A stretch of DNA of 64,000 nt from Gammaproteobacteria bacterium (lineage in GTDB: Bacteria > Pseudomonadota > Gammaproteobacteria > UBA4575). Shown here piece by piece: positions 1-9,600 of the stretch. Below the pieces are notes generated by a model that worked only from the letters and a program-made list of their open reading frames with translations, was not told where the DNA came from and ran no database searches. Positions within the stretch are counted from its first letter, which is position 1; each line of letters begins with the position of its first letter. Position numbers and translations under genes: made by a program. The stretch lies in assembly GCA_965220895.1 (NCBI GenBank), contig OZ244850.1, forward strand, positions 1,300,861-1,364,860. The letters are read 5' to 3'.

Positions 1-165
1 GAGGAGAAAAAAAGGCTGTTGCTGGACTTGTGGAAAACGGCCTATGCCGATCGCAGGCTCGACAAGTACGAGGAGTACCAGATTCGAAAGATCGCCGATC
101 TGCTGTACCTGCCGCACAGCACCTTCATTCAGACCAAGCTGGAAGTGTTGGAGGACCTAGAGTAG
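1..165 (+). CDS. C-terminal fragment of a TerB-like (tellurite-resistance / DjlA N-domain-like) protein; 5' end lies outside the window
   Basis: Open frame from position 1 to TAG at 163-165. Translation ...KKRLLLDLWKTAYADRRLDKYEEYQIRKIADLLYLP... resembles the acidic helical TerB fold consensus. Call is from memory only. Confidence 0.3.
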   Translation, partial: EEKKRLLLDLWKTAYADRRLDKYEEYQIRKIADLLYLPHSTFIQTKLEVLEDLE

Positions 166-198
166 GAGCAGCAGACGGCCACTTCCGTGGCCATCCTG

Positions 199-522
199 TC
201 AGACCATGCTTTTGAGCTTCTTCAAGGGCAGGACCCGTACCGACTTGCTGGCCGGTTTGGCCTTAAAAGTCATCTCTTCACCGGTAAAGGGATTGATGCC
301 CTTGCGTGCCCTTTTGGCCGGCTTCTTGACCACCTTGATTTTCAGCAGGCCGGGGAGGTTGAAACAGCCTGCACCCCGTGGCTTCAACTCCTTTGCGATC
401 ATGCCTTCAAGCGACTCAAGTACGGAGGCGACCTGTTTGCGGGATAGGTCCGTCTCTTTCGCAATCCCGCTTAAAATTGCTGTTTTTGTAGGGGGTTTCT
501 TATCAGGTCTGGAAGTGGCCAT
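199..522 (-). CDS. HU/IHF-family histone-like DNA-binding protein with a short basic N-terminal extension
   Basis: 107 aa. C-terminal ...NPFTGEEMTFKAKPASKSVRVLPLKKLK is the HU arm/beta-ribbon signature. N-terminal extension MATSRPDKKPPTK is lysine/proline-rich. Confidence 0.75.
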   Translation of the reverse strand: MATSRPDKKPPTKTAILSGIAKETDLSRKQVASVLESLEGMIAKELKPRGAGCFNLPGLLKIKVVKKPAKRARKGINPFTGEEMTFKAKPASKSVRVLPLKKLKSMV

Positions 523-823
523 GTAGTGTCATCCTTTGTCATCAGTAAATGAGATTGGGCTCAGTTCCACAATCAGGCATCGAATAGCTGGCGGTGACCA
601 TGATCGGAATGTAGGAACAGTAAATTTTTGTTGCATTGTAATGAAAAACCATCGCTTTATCATCTGATCCGGTCGCATGTTTTTGCGCGAGTATCTGTAA
701 ACTCGGGAAGAGGCATCGATGAGAGATGTGGAGCGGCCCGGTGGGGTTCTGTCCGTGGGCAAATACAGAAAACCGGGGGCTGCAGGGAGGTTCCGCACTG
801 TCCGTCCTTGCAGCACGCAGGCG

Positions 824-1438
824 CTAGGAGCCGGATTTGCAGAATCGGTAAATCGCGCTTTCTCCGAACAGGTTGGGCCACAGGCGGGTTTTTTGCCCAG
901 TTCGGCTGGCATGGGTGACCGCCGCCCGCTGGAGAATCCTGATACCCCTTTTATCGCACAGGGCTTCAAAATCCTGGATCGAGCACAGATGAATGTTGGG
1001 GGTGTCGTGCCATTCATGGGGCAGGGCCCGCGTGACCGGCATATACCCGCCCAGTCCGAGCTGAACGCGGCTTCTCCAGTGGGCAAAATTGGGAAATGTC
1101 ACGATCCCTTCCTGTCCGATACGCAGCATCTCATCGAGAAGATCACCGGGCTGATGGATGGCCTGCAGCGTATGAGTCATGACTACGTAGTTGAACGAGT
1201 GCTCCTCAAAGAACTCGGTGATTCCCTTGTCCAGATTGGTCTGGATGACGGGTATTCCGCTGTCGATACATTGCTGTACGTTCGCGATATCGATTTCCAG
1301 GCCATAGCCTGTCACATTGCGGGTCTGTCGCAGGTGCGTAAGCAAGGTGCCGTCCCCGCAGCCGAGATCCAGGATGTGGGCACCGGGCTGGATCCATTCG
1401 CAGATAATTTCCAGATCAGGTCGTAAGGATATGCTCAT
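824..1438 (-). CDS. metW: Methionine biosynthesis protein MetW
   Basis: 204 aa. GDGTLL SAM-methyltransferase-like motif [11 protein letters not shown]. Lies immediately downstream of metX with a 4-nt overlap, the canonical metXW arrangement. Confidence 0.85.
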   Translation of the reverse strand: MSISLRPDLEIICEWIQPGAHILDLGCGDGTLLTHLRQTRNVTGYGLEIDIANVQQCIDSGIPVIQTNLDKGITEFFEEHSFNYVVMTHTLQAIHQPGDLLDEMLRIGQEGIVTFPNFAHWRSRVQLGLGGYMPVTRALPHEWHDTPNIHLCSIQDFEALCDKRGIRILQRAAVTHASRTGQKTRLWPNLFGESAIYRFCKSGS

Positions 1439-2571
1439 GTCTGAAGGGTATTGATATAGCTGCGCAAGACATTGTGGTATTCGGGAATCGGGGTCAGGAA
1501 GGCGTCGTGCCCGAGTTCGGCTTCAATTTCCACGTAACTGACCTTCTTTTTTGCCGCAATCAGCGCACGCACGATCTCACGCGAACGTGCAGGGGAAAAC
1601 CGCCAGTCTCCGGTGAAGGAAACTACCAGGAAATCCGCACTGGTGCGCTCGAAGGCCCGGCCCAGGTCATTGTCACAATTCAACCCGGGGTCGAAATAAT
1701 CGAGGGCCTTGGTCATGATCAGGTAGGTGTTGGCATCAAACCGGTCGACGAAGGATTTTCCCTGGTAGCGCAGGTAGCTCTCGACCTGGAATTCCACGTC
1801 GAAACCGAAATTGAGGGTTCCTTCGCGCAAGTCACGACCAAATTTTTCCCGCATGGCATGGTCAGAGAGGTAGGTGATATGCCCCAGCATGCGTGCCAGC
1901 ATGAGTCCCCGGCGTGGCAGGGTACCGCGCTCGTAATAGTGTCCCTGGTGGAAATCGGGATCAGAAAATATGGCTTGGCGCGCCACTTCGTTAAAGGCGA
2001 TGTTCTGTGCGGTCAGCTTGGGTGCTGCAGCGATCACCACCGCCTGGCGCAAGCGGTCCGGATAGTCGATCGCCCACTGCATGACCTGCATGCCCCCCAG
2101 GCTTCCACCGATCACCGCAGCCCACTGCTCGATGCCCAGTGCATCCGCAAGGTGGCTTTGGCTCACAACCCAGTCGTGGACGGTGACCAGCGGAAAATCT
2201 GGCCCGAACGGTTTGCCGGTGTCCGGGTTGACGCTGGTGGGCCCGCTGCTGCCTTTGCAGCCTCCCAGATTGTTGGGGGAGACGACGAAAAAACGGTCCG
2301 TGTCAAAAGGTTTGCCGGGACCAATGCAGTTGTCCCACCAGCCTGGCTTGCGGTCATCGACACTGTGGTACCCCGCTGCGTGCTGATCGCCCGAGAGCGC
2401 ATGGCAGATCAGCAAGGCATTGCTTCGCTCCGGGTTCAATTCGCCGTACGTCTCGTAGGCCAGCGTAAATTCCGGAAGCGTGCGACCGCAATCCAGATCG
2501 AGTGGCTGCTGGATGGTAACGAACTGGGTCTCGACCAGACCAACAGAATTCGCAGGAATTGAGTCAGGCAC
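1435..2571 (-). CDS. metX: Homoserine O-acyltransferase (MetX family)
   Basis: 378 aa. Alpha/beta-hydrolase with GGSLGGMQ nucleophile-elbow motif. Full-length similarity to MetX and is followed by metW. Confidence 0.9.
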   Translation of the reverse strand: MPDSIPANSVGLVETQFVTIQQPLDLDCGRTLPEFTLAYETYGELNPERSNALLICHALSGDQHAAGYHSVDDRKPGWWDNCIGPGKPFDTDRFFVVSPNNLGGCKGSSGPTSVNPDTGKPFGPDFPLVTVHDWVVSQSHLADALGIEQWAAVIGGSLGGMQVMQWAIDYPDRLRQAVVIAAAPKLTAQNIAFNEVARQAIFSDPDFHQGHYYERGTLPRRGLMLARMLGHITYLSDHAMREKFGRDLREGTLNFGFDVEFQVESYLRYQGKSFVDRFDANTYLIMTKALDYFDPGLNCDNDLGRAFERTSADFLVVSFTGDWRFSPARSREIVRALIAAKKKVSYVEIEAELGHDAFLTPIPEYHNVLRSYINTLQT

Positions 2572-2659
2572 TTTGCAGGGATTTATCGTTTAAATGGGTA
2601 AGTGTAATGAGTGCATGTTCAGCACACAATGATACGGCAGGCGGATGTGTCCTGCCCGG

Positions 2660-3211
2660 TCACAGTGAGTGCAGGAATATTTTTGCGCAGAACAGTGCCA
2701 GCAGTACGGCCGAGGTTGAAAAGTCAAACATTCCAACCCGTGGAATCATCCTTCGGGCCGGATGCAGGAGAGGTGCCGTGATGGAATGCAGCACCGATAC
2801 AAACGGATTGTTTTGACCATGGAGGTGGGGAGCAAGCCAACTGATTGCAACCAGTGCAATGATCGCAAAGATGTAGAGGTTAAGTGCCAGGTCAATGACC
2901 CCGAATACAGCCGCAAGAAGCAGGGTTCCGGTATCGACGGCTCTCCCAATGAGAAGCCCGCGCAGCGCCAACTCGGCGAACTTGACTGCGACCATCAACA
3001 GCAGGGCAGCTGTGTCCACGCGGCCTGCATTGGGGATCCACTTGTGCAGTGGCCGTAGCGCAGGGCTCGTCAACGTCAGTATGGATTGTGAAAAGGGATT
3101 GTAGAAATCCGCCCGGGTCAATCCCAGCAGCATGCGGATCATGAGTGCGTACACGTACAGGGTAAACAGGACATGAACCAGGAAATCAGCGATGCTGAGC
3201 AAGGCGTTCAT
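2660..3211 (-). CDS. yggT: YggT-family integral membrane protein
   Basis: 183 aa, hydrophobic, with two YGGT-like repeats. Position yggS-proC-yggT matches conserved synteny. Confidence 0.7.
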   Translation of the reverse strand: MNALLSIADFLVHVLFTLYVYALMIRMLLGLTRADFYNPFSQSILTLTSPALRPLHKWIPNAGRVDTAALLLMVAVKFAELALRGLLIGRAVDTGTLLLAAVFGVIDLALNLYIFAIIALVAISWLAPHLHGQNNPFVSVLHSITAPLLHPARRMIPRVGMFDFSTSAVLLALFCAKIFLHSL

Positions 3212-4089
3212 GGTTTATTCGTACCCACACCGCGGGGATTGTTGTCCACGGATGATGAAGTTGACCGGGAAAGCTGCTCGGCTTTTTGTGCAGCGCGGCT
3301 GATCGCGGCACCGAAGATTTCTTTCACACCCTCTTGCTCGAGAATTTCAAGGGCCGCTTCCGTGGTCCCTCCCTTTGAGGTTACGGCCCGGCGCAATGCA
3401 TACGGGTCCTGGTCGCCTTGCTCGACAAGCCTGGCTGCGCCAAGGGCGGTGTGAACAGTCAACTGGTGCGCCTGGTCCGAGCTCAGGCCCAGGGACTGGC
3501 CGGCTTCCAGGATGGCTTCGATCAGAAAGAAAAAATATGCCGGGCCGCTGCCGGACACGGCTGTCACCGCATCCAGCAAGGTTTCCTTTTCCAGCCACAC
3601 CGTAAAGCCCACACTGGCAAGAATGCTCTCTGCCAGTGCCTGTTGTGTCTCGGACACATCCGGTCCGGCAAACAGGCCCGTAGCCCCGCAACGCATCAGA
3701 ACCGGCAGATTTGGCATGCAGCGCACGACCGGGAATGTATCGCTCAGCCAGATACTAATGTCCCGGAGCATCGTGCCTGCGGCAATGGAAACAATCAGGG
3801 GCCGGGTCGATTGGTAATGTGCGGAAATCTGCTCGCAGACAAGGCGAATCACCTGGGGCTTTACCGCAAGTACAACCGCTTGCGCCGATGCCGGGGCGGC
3901 CTTGGCCTGCGCACAGATGCGGCATTGCGGGAAATTTTTCTCCAGCAGGGAACCTGTCGAGGGGTCGGTGTCGACGACTGCAATCTGATCGGGTGGCCAG
4001 CCGCTGTCCAGCAGTCCGCCGATCAGGGCCTGCCCCATGTTTCCGCCTCCGAAGATCACGATTTCCTGTTTTTCTGAAGGCTGATTCAT
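3208..4089 (-). CDS. proC: Pyrroline-5-carboxylate reductase
   Basis: NAD(P)-binding motif IFGGGNMGQALIGGL. Start trimmed to MNQPSEK (ATG at 4087-4089), 1 nt after the yggS stop. The ORF track extends it to 4113. Confidence 0.85.
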   Translation of the reverse strand: MNQPSEKQEIVIFGGGNMGQALIGGLLDSGWPPDQIAVVDTDPSTGSLLEKNFPQCRICAQAKAAPASAQAVVLAVKPQVIRLVCEQISAHYQSTRPLIVSIAAGTMLRDISIWLSDTFPVVRCMPNLPVLMRCGATGLFAGPDVSETQQALAESILASVGFTVWLEKETLLDAVTAVSGSGPAYFFFLIEAILEAGQSLGLSSDQAHQLTVHTALGAARLVEQGDQDPYALRRAVTSKGGTTEAALEILEQEGVKEIFGAAISRAAQKAEQLSRSTSSSVDNNPRGVGTNKP

Positions 4090-4090
4090 T

Positions 4091-4816
4091 TTATTTGGCC
4101 GTTCGTGCACCAAAAATAGCAGTACCTATTCGAACAATGGTTGCACCTTCTGCTACTGCCGCCTCGAGATCGTCACTCATCCCCATCGACAAGGTATCGA
4201 GCCCGAAACCCGACTCGTTCAGTTGTTCCAGCATCTCTCGCAGTTGCGCAAAACGCCAGCGTCGATGAATAGTATCACTAGTTTGCCGCGGGATGGTCAT
4301 CAGGCCGCGTAATTCCAAACGGGGAAGTTTTTGCAAGGCACTTGCGAGGTCCTGTACCTGTTCGCACTGCACTCCGGACTTGGAACGTTCGCGGTCAATG
4401 TTGACCTGCAGACAGACCTGCAGGGGAGGCAGGTGGGCCGGACGCTGTGTACTCAGGCGCTCGGCAACGATCAAGCGTTCAATGCCGTGTACCCAGTCGA
4501 AGTGTGCGGCAATTTGCCGGGTCTTGTTTTTTTGTATGGGGCCGACGAAATGCCAGCAGAGGTTTTCGTTCTCCAGTGCGGTGATCTTTTCCAGGGCTTC
4601 CTGCAGGTAACTTTCACCGAAATCACGCTGTCCGGCACTGGCTGCAGAGACGATGTCCCCGACACTCTTTTTTTTGCTGACTGCCAGCAGACGCACACTG
4701 CCGGGGCTGCGCCGGTACCGGTTCTCCAGGCAGCGGATCGTTTCCTTCACCTGTAGAAGGCGTGTCGCCGATGTCCTCTCAGAAGATGTTGGCTGCATTA
4801 AAGACTGGCCCATCAA
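4091..4816 (-). CDS. yggS: YggS-family PLP-binding (PLP homeostasis) protein
   Basis: 241 aa, ...RLLAVSKKKSVGDIV... alanine-racemase-N-like fold typical of YggS/PLPHP. Start could instead be M7. Confidence 0.8.
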   Translation of the reverse strand: MMGQSLMQPTSSERTSATRLLQVKETIRCLENRYRRSPGSVRLLAVSKKKSVGDIVSAASAGQRDFGESYLQEALEKITALENENLCWHFVGPIQKNKTRQIAAHFDWVHGIERLIVAERLSTQRPAHLPPLQVCLQVNIDRERSKSGVQCEQVQDLASALQKLPRLELRGLMTIPRQTSDTIHRRWRFAQLREMLEQLNESGFGLDTLSMGMSDDLEAAVAEGATIVRIGTAIFGARTAK

Positions 4817-5648
4817 CGCACACCCGCTTCATGGCCACCGTGCGGTTGTTCTCCCGGTAAGGTACGACGCAACCGGCACAGCCCCCGACGGCACATGCCA
4901 TGTATTCTTCCAGGCACACCTGGCAGGGAAGTGCGTGCCGGTGACAGAATTCAGAGACCGCTTCCAGCATCCGGTTCGGCCCGCAGGCGAATACCTGTAC
5001 GCCTTGCTGTGCTGCGTGGTCCAGGTTCAAAAACCAGTGCTCGGCCAGCTCGTGTACGTAGCCTTGGAAACAGCCGGGATATCCCTGCAGGCTGGTGAGC
5101 CTTGATGCGATGCCCCAGTCATCGAGCAACGGCATGGCTGCAATGACATCCTTCGGGACATCCGGCGTCAGTATTTTTGAGGGTCGGGTCGGGAAAGGAA
5201 AGGGAATTTCAGAACCCAGAACGGCCAGTGGATGCAATCCCGGATTTCCCCTGAGTGTTTCTGCCAGGAAAATCATGGGAGGAATCCCCACGCCCCCACC
5301 AAGCAGCAATGGATGGGTGGTATTCTCATGCACCCTGAAGGTGTTCCCAATCGGCCCCAGGCTCTGCAGCATATCCCCGGGGTTGCGTGCTGCCAGCTCA
5401 GCACTTCCCCGCCCTACAATCTTGTACAGGATTTCGACCCAGCCTGCGGCGGGATCACTGCGCATAATGGAAAAAGGCCGGCGCAGGGCTCTTTGGGGGT
5501 CGCACTGCAGGTGCAGGAAGTTACCGGCTTTTGCGTGGCGGGCACACTCGGATACGCTCAGCCTGAGGACAAACTGTTGTGCCGCCAGCGCATCATGACG
5601 GATCACACGGGCGCACTCCTCGAAGATCGGGTTTGGCTCGGTTTCCAT
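4779..5648 (-). CDS. PyrK-like FAD/NAD(P)-binding oxidoreductase with C-terminal 2Fe-2S cluster (dihydroorotate dehydrogenase electron-transfer subunit family)
   Basis: RPFSI flavin-binding motif and LLLGGGVGIPPM dinucleotide loop. C-terminal CAVGGCAGC...VCVDGPVF matches the PyrK Cys4 2Fe-2S signature. Confidence 0.6.
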   Translation of the reverse strand: METEPNPIFEECARVIRHDALAAQQFVLRLSVSECARHAKAGNFLHLQCDPQRALRRPFSIMRSDPAAGWVEILYKIVGRGSAELAARNPGDMLQSLGPIGNTFRVHENTTHPLLLGGGVGIPPMIFLAETLRGNPGLHPLAVLGSEIPFPFPTRPSKILTPDVPKDVIAAMPLLDDWGIASRLTSLQGYPGCFQGYVHELAEHWFLNLDHAAQQGVQVFACGPNRMLEAVSEFCHRHALPCQVCLEEYMACAVGGCAGCVVPYRENNRTVAMKRVCVDGPVFNAANIF

Positions 5649-5675
5649 GCCTTGCGTTGCTGGACGGCGCAGGGC

Positions 5676-6959
5676 TCACTCGGGTCCAAGTTGGAAGACC
5701 GGATTGCCGTCCAGAATCGTGTGCGTAACTCGGCCTTTGAATTGGCGCCCCAGCAAGGGGGTGTTTTTGCCCCGGCTGAGCAGGGTTTCATGGCTCAGGG
5801 TCCAGTTCAGGTCGGGATCGACAACGCATGCATCGGCCGGACTGCCCGCAGACAGGCTGCCTGCTGCGATCCCGAGGATCTCTGCAGGTTGCTGGGTCAC
5901 CCGGCGCACGGCTTCCTTCAAGCCAAGTATGCCGTCATCCACCAGTTGCAGGACCAGGGGCAGCAGGGATTCCAGGGTGGAACTGCCAGGCTCCGTGGAC
6001 TGGAAGGGAGCCAGCTTGGCTTCGATTTCATGCGGCTGGTGGTCTGCGCAAACAGCGGACAGTGTGCCGTCTTGCAGGCCCTTTCGAAGGCCGTCACGGT
6101 CCTGTTGTGTACGGTAGGGGGGAAGGTTGTGACACCGTCCATCAAAGTCCTGGAGGTCGTGGTCGGTCAGGAACAGATGCAAGATACTGGCATCGGCGGT
6201 GACCGGCAAGTGGTCCTTGCGGGCACGTGCAATCATGTTCACCGCACGCGACGTCGAAAGATGGCAGAAATGGGTGCGGACATTGAGTTCCTCGATCAGT
6301 GCCAGGTGAAAGGCCAGTGCCGCCGTTTCCGCAGCAGCGGGTATGCCGGGAAGGCCGAGGCGCAGGCTGGTGAGACCTTCGTGAACACAGCCGTTGTTGG
6401 CCAGATGATGGTCGAGCGGGTACGTGAAGACGGTGAGGCCCTGACTGGATGCATATTCCATGGCACGCCTCAGTACAAGCGGGCTTTTCAGGGGCAGCAG
6501 GACGTTGGTGACCCCGACGCAGCCGGTCGCTTTCAGTGCGGCCATTTCGCTTAGATTTTCCCCTTTCAGGCCTTTCGTCAATGCTCCGATCACGTGCACC
6601 TTGCAGCGACCGCTATCCTGTGAAAGCTGCTCGATCAACTCGACCTCGGCGGGTGAGTCGACGACCGGGCTGGTCGTCGGCAGACATGCCAGGCTGGTGA
6701 TCCCTCCCGCTGCAGCGGCTCGGGTTTCCGAGCGTATGGTGGCCTTGTGCTCCTGTCCCGGCTGGCGCAGGCTGGCGGAAAGTTCAACGAGTCCTGGCAA
6801 GACCAGCTTGCCGGCTGCATTGATCGTATGTTCAGCCTCCCAGGCAGAAGGGGGTTTGTGTACGGCAACCACCTTTCCGTCCGCCATGAAGATGTCTGCG
6901 GACTGATCGATTTCATTGGCGGGATCGACAAGATGGCCGTTCAGTATCTCAAGCTTCAT
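5676..6959 (-). CDS. pyrC': Dihydroorotase-like protein PyrC' (non-catalytic, aspartate-transcarbamoylase-associated)
   Basis: Dihydroorotase fold, but the N-terminal metal-binding HxH (D-V-H-V-H-L-R in active enzymes) is replaced by VELSASLR. Start trimmed to MKLEILNG (ATG 6957-6959), which overlaps the pyrB stop by 11 nt. pyrR-pyrB-pyrC' order. Confidence 0.8.
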   Translation of the reverse strand: MKLEILNGHLVDPANEIDQSADIFMADGKVVAVHKPPSAWEAEHTINAAGKLVLPGLVELSASLRQPGQEHKATIRSETRAAAAGGITSLACLPTTSPVVDSPAEVELIEQLSQDSGRCKVHVIGALTKGLKGENLSEMAALKATGCVGVTNVLLPLKSPLVLRRAMEYASSQGLTVFTYPLDHHLANNGCVHEGLTSLRLGLPGIPAAAETAALAFHLALIEELNVRTHFCHLSTSRAVNMIARARKDHLPVTADASILHLFLTDHDLQDFDGRCHNLPPYRTQQDRDGLRKGLQDGTLSAVCADHQPHEIEAKLAPFQSTEPGSSTLESLLPLVLQLVDDGILGLKEAVRRVTQQPAEILGIAAGSLSAGSPADACVVDPDLNWTLSHETLLSRGKNTPLLGRQFKGRVTHTILDGNPVFQLGPE

Positions 6960-7890
6960 GGTGCTCTCCATGCTCGCCGGTGCTGATCGCGAGCGACAGG
7001 ATGGCCATGCGAACGGCAATGCCGTACTTCACCTGTTGCAGAATCACAGACTGGGGGCCGTCGGCAACTTCCGAACTGATCTCCACGCCGCGGTTGATGG
7101 GACCTGGGTGCATGACGATCGCCTCCGGGCTGGCCAGTGCCAGTCTTTCCGGAGTCAGTCCGTACAGCTGGAAGTACTCGTGCTCACTCGGGATAAATGC
7201 CCCCTGCATGCGCTCTTTTTGCAGTCGCAGCATGATGATGACATCGACATCACGCAATCCTTGCCAGCAATTCTGAAACACCTGTACGCCCAGCTGTTCA
7301 ATATTCGCAGGCAACAGCGTTCGGGGTGCGATCACGCGGATCTCCTGGGTACCAAGGATATTGAGTGCCTCGATCTGGGAACGGGCGACACGTGAATGCA
7401 GGATATCGCCCACGATCGCAACGCGCAGCTTGGAAAAATCCGGGTGGTGTTCACGAATCGTGAAGACATCGAGCAGGGCCTGGGTCGGATGGGCATGACG
7501 CCCGTCACCGGCATTGATGATGCTGACATGGGGGGCTATGTGCTTGGCGATGAAATCCGCCGCCCCACTTTCCGGGTGCCTGACAATAAAGATGTCTGTG
7601 TTCATGGCCTCCAGGCTGAACAGCGTGTCCAGCAGGCTTTCTCCCTTGACGGTAGCCGAGGTGGCAATACTGATATTCAGGACATCGGCAGACAGCCGTT
7701 TGGCAGCAAGCTCAAAAGTCGTACGGGTTCGGGTACTGGGCTCAAAAAAGAGGTTCACTATGGTTTTGCCGCGCAGCAGCGGCACTTTCTTGACCGCCTG
7801 GCCATCCACGCTGGTGAATGACTTGGCAGTATCAAGAATATGGATCAGTGCCTCGCGGTCCAGTCTGCCAATGTCCAGAAAATGTCTCAT
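6949..7890 (-). CDS. pyrB: Aspartate carbamoyltransferase catalytic subunit
   Basis: ATCase/OTCase fold with STRTR carbamoyl-phosphate motif (FEPSTRTR) and HPxQ (HAHPTQ). Start trimmed to MRHFLDIG (313 aa); the ORF track extends it to 8061. Confidence 0.9.
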   Translation of the reverse strand: MRHFLDIGRLDREALIHILDTAKSFTSVDGQAVKKVPLLRGKTIVNLFFEPSTRTRTTFELAAKRLSADVLNISIATSATVKGESLLDTLFSLEAMNTDIFIVRHPESGAADFIAKHIAPHVSIINAGDGRHAHPTQALLDVFTIREHHPDFSKLRVAIVGDILHSRVARSQIEALNILGTQEIRVIAPRTLLPANIEQLGVQVFQNCWQGLRDVDVIIMLRLQKERMQGAFIPSEHEYFQLYGLTPERLALASPEAIVMHPGPINRGVEISSEVADGPQSVILQQVKYGIAVRMAILSLAISTGEHGEHHEA

Positions 7891-7900
7891 GCAAGAAGGC

Positions 7901-8398
7901 TCAGTCCATGATCTCCAGAACGATCGGCTGCGGGCCGCTGAGCTGCACCTGCTGCCTGGCATCCAGGTTGAGCCGGGTACCAACGACATCCGCCTGGATC
8001 GGCAATTCCCGGCCATTTCTCTCCACGAGGATGGCCAGGCTGACCGATGCAGGGCGGCCATAGTCGAAAATCTCGTTCAGGGCCGCGCGCACCGTGCGCC
8101 CGGTATACAGCACATCGTCGATCAGGATAATGTGCCGGTCCGTTACGTTCAGGGGCAGGTGGGAAGGCTTCACGGTCGGCTGGATTCCCGCACGACTGAA
8201 GTCATCCCGGTAAAAGGTGATGTCGAGCACCCCCAGTTCATCCTTGACTTCAAGCATCGACTGAATCTGCTCCGCGACCCATACCCCGCCAGTGCGGATT
8301 CCCACAAGCAAGGGCTGGGTGATGTCCCGTTCACGCATGAAAACCCCGAGACCCTGCCCCAGCTTGTCGATCAGTTGCCTGGCATCCAGGTCCGTCAT
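7901..8398 (-). CDS. pyrR: Bifunctional pyrimidine operon regulator / uracil phosphoribosyltransferase PyrR
   Basis: 165 aa. PRPP-binding motif [13 protein letters not shown]. Immediately upstream of pyrB. Confidence 0.9.
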   Translation of the reverse strand: MTDLDARQLIDKLGQGLGVFMRERDITQPLLVGIRTGGVWVAEQIQSMLEVKDELGVLDITFYRDDFSRAGIQPTVKPSHLPLNVTDRHIILIDDVLYTGRTVRAALNEIFDYGRPASVSLAILVERNGRELPIQADVVGTRLNLDARQQVQLSGPQPIVLEIMD

Positions 8399-8844
8399 GG
8401 CGCGACCCTTTTCACGCAGGGATCATCGTGACACGCAAGCCAGGTCTGCAAAATGATGGCCGCCGAGGCCTTGTCGATGTCGGTTTTACGGATTTTTTTG
8501 CGTTGTCCCTGCGCCCGCATGTCCTTGAGCACGGCGTACGCGCGGGCTGAAGAAAATGACTCATCCACGGTTTCAACGGGCAGGCCGTAACGGTCTCGCA
8601 GGGCCTTGCAGAAATTTCGAACACGCTGCTTGATGCGACCATGGTCCTGCGTTTGATGCTCGACCCTGCCCACAACCAGGGCATCAGGATGCCATTGCCC
8701 GATGATCTCATCAATCTTGTCCCAGGGCATCCCTGAACTCGGGACGACCAGTGTCGTCAGGGGGTTTGCAGTCCCGGCGCTTGGCACGCCAATGGCAACC
8801 CCTATCCTGCATTCTCCATAATCAAACCCGATCACGTTGGACAT
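8395..8844 (-). CDS. ruvX: Holliday-junction resolvase-like protein RuvX (YqgF)
   Basis: RNase H-like YqgF family. Starts MSNVIGFDYGECRIGVAIG. 4-nt overlap with pyrR. Confidence 0.85.
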   Translation of the reverse strand: MSNVIGFDYGECRIGVAIGVPSAGTANPLTTLVVPSSGMPWDKIDEIIGQWHPDALVVGRVEHQTQDHGRIKQRVRNFCKALRDRYGLPVETVDESFSSARAYAVLKDMRAQGQRKKIRKTDIDKASAAIILQTWLACHDDPCVKRVAP

Positions 8845-8898
8845 GGGCAGCAATTGGACAGGTAGCCTGGGACTTCGCACAGATTGGCAAGCATGTCC

Positions 8899-9462
8899 TT
8901 AGGCATGTCCGGCCTCGCTTGAAATCAGGTTCAGGTCGATTCCCAGTTTACTGGCGGCACTCTGCCATCGTTTTTCAACCGGCGTGTCAAATACGATCTT
9001 GGCCTGGTACGGGACCGTCAGCCAGGCGTTGTCTTTCAGTTCCTGTTCCAGTTGTCCGGGTCCCCATCCGGCATACCCCAGCGCGACGATCGCATTCTCG
9101 GGCCCCGAGCCCCTGCCGATATCCAGGAGAATGTCCTCCGATGTGGTCAGTTTCAGGTCATCGTCAATCGTGTAGGTGGATGTCCACTTGCGGTCTGAAT
9201 CGTGCAGGACGAATCCCCGGTTGGCATGTACGGGCCCACCCGCATACACCGGACTGTGCACGGACGCGGTCCCCTGATCATCGGCATCCACGTCCAGGTA
9301 GCGGATCAGTTCATCGACACCCAGAGTGATCGGCTGGTTCACGACAATGCCCATCGCACCGTGCTCGTTGTGTTCGCAAATCAGGGTCACCGTATGTGAA
9401 AAATTTGGGTCATGCAGGGCGGGCATCGCCACGAGCAGTTGTTTGGTAAGGCTCTCTGACAT
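8899..9462 (-). CDS. yqgE: YqgE/AlgH-family protein (UPF0301)
   Basis: ...LLVAMPALHDPNFSHTVTLICEHNEHGAMGIVVNQP... is diagnostic of YqgE/AlgH. Sits upstream of ruvX, as in many proteobacteria. Confidence 0.8.
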   Translation of the reverse strand: MSESLTKQLLVAMPALHDPNFSHTVTLICEHNEHGAMGIVVNQPITLGVDELIRYLDVDADDQGTASVHSPVYAGGPVHANRGFVLHDSDRKWTSTYTIDDDLKLTTSEDILLDIGRGSGPENAIVALGYAGWGPGQLEQELKDNAWLTVPYQAKIVFDTPVEKRWQSAASKLGIDLNLISSEAGHA

Positions 9463-9600
9463 GGTTGACCGGGCACGCAAAGGGACGTTTTCAAAAACAT
9501 CCGGACACGGGTAACTGCCAATATACCGCAGTTGCTGCCCATTTTTCAGAAAATGATGGGATATGTGAAGGCCCCAACGCCATTTTTGGCCGATCCCGGT

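Noticed and set aside
529-1086. 185-aa minus-strand ORF, and 719..1426 plus-strand ORF
   Set aside because: They overlap metW in other frames or strands. The 523-823 interval is better explained as the AT-rich promoter region of the HU-like gene.
5232-6554. 440-aa plus-strand ORF
   Set aside because: It lies fully antisense to the well-supported pyrC' gene. Its composition is Arg/Ala/Gly-rich, typical of the GC-driven shadow frame, and it has no recognisable domain.
7514-8431. 305-aa plus-strand ORF
   Set aside because: Antisense to pyrB and pyrR.
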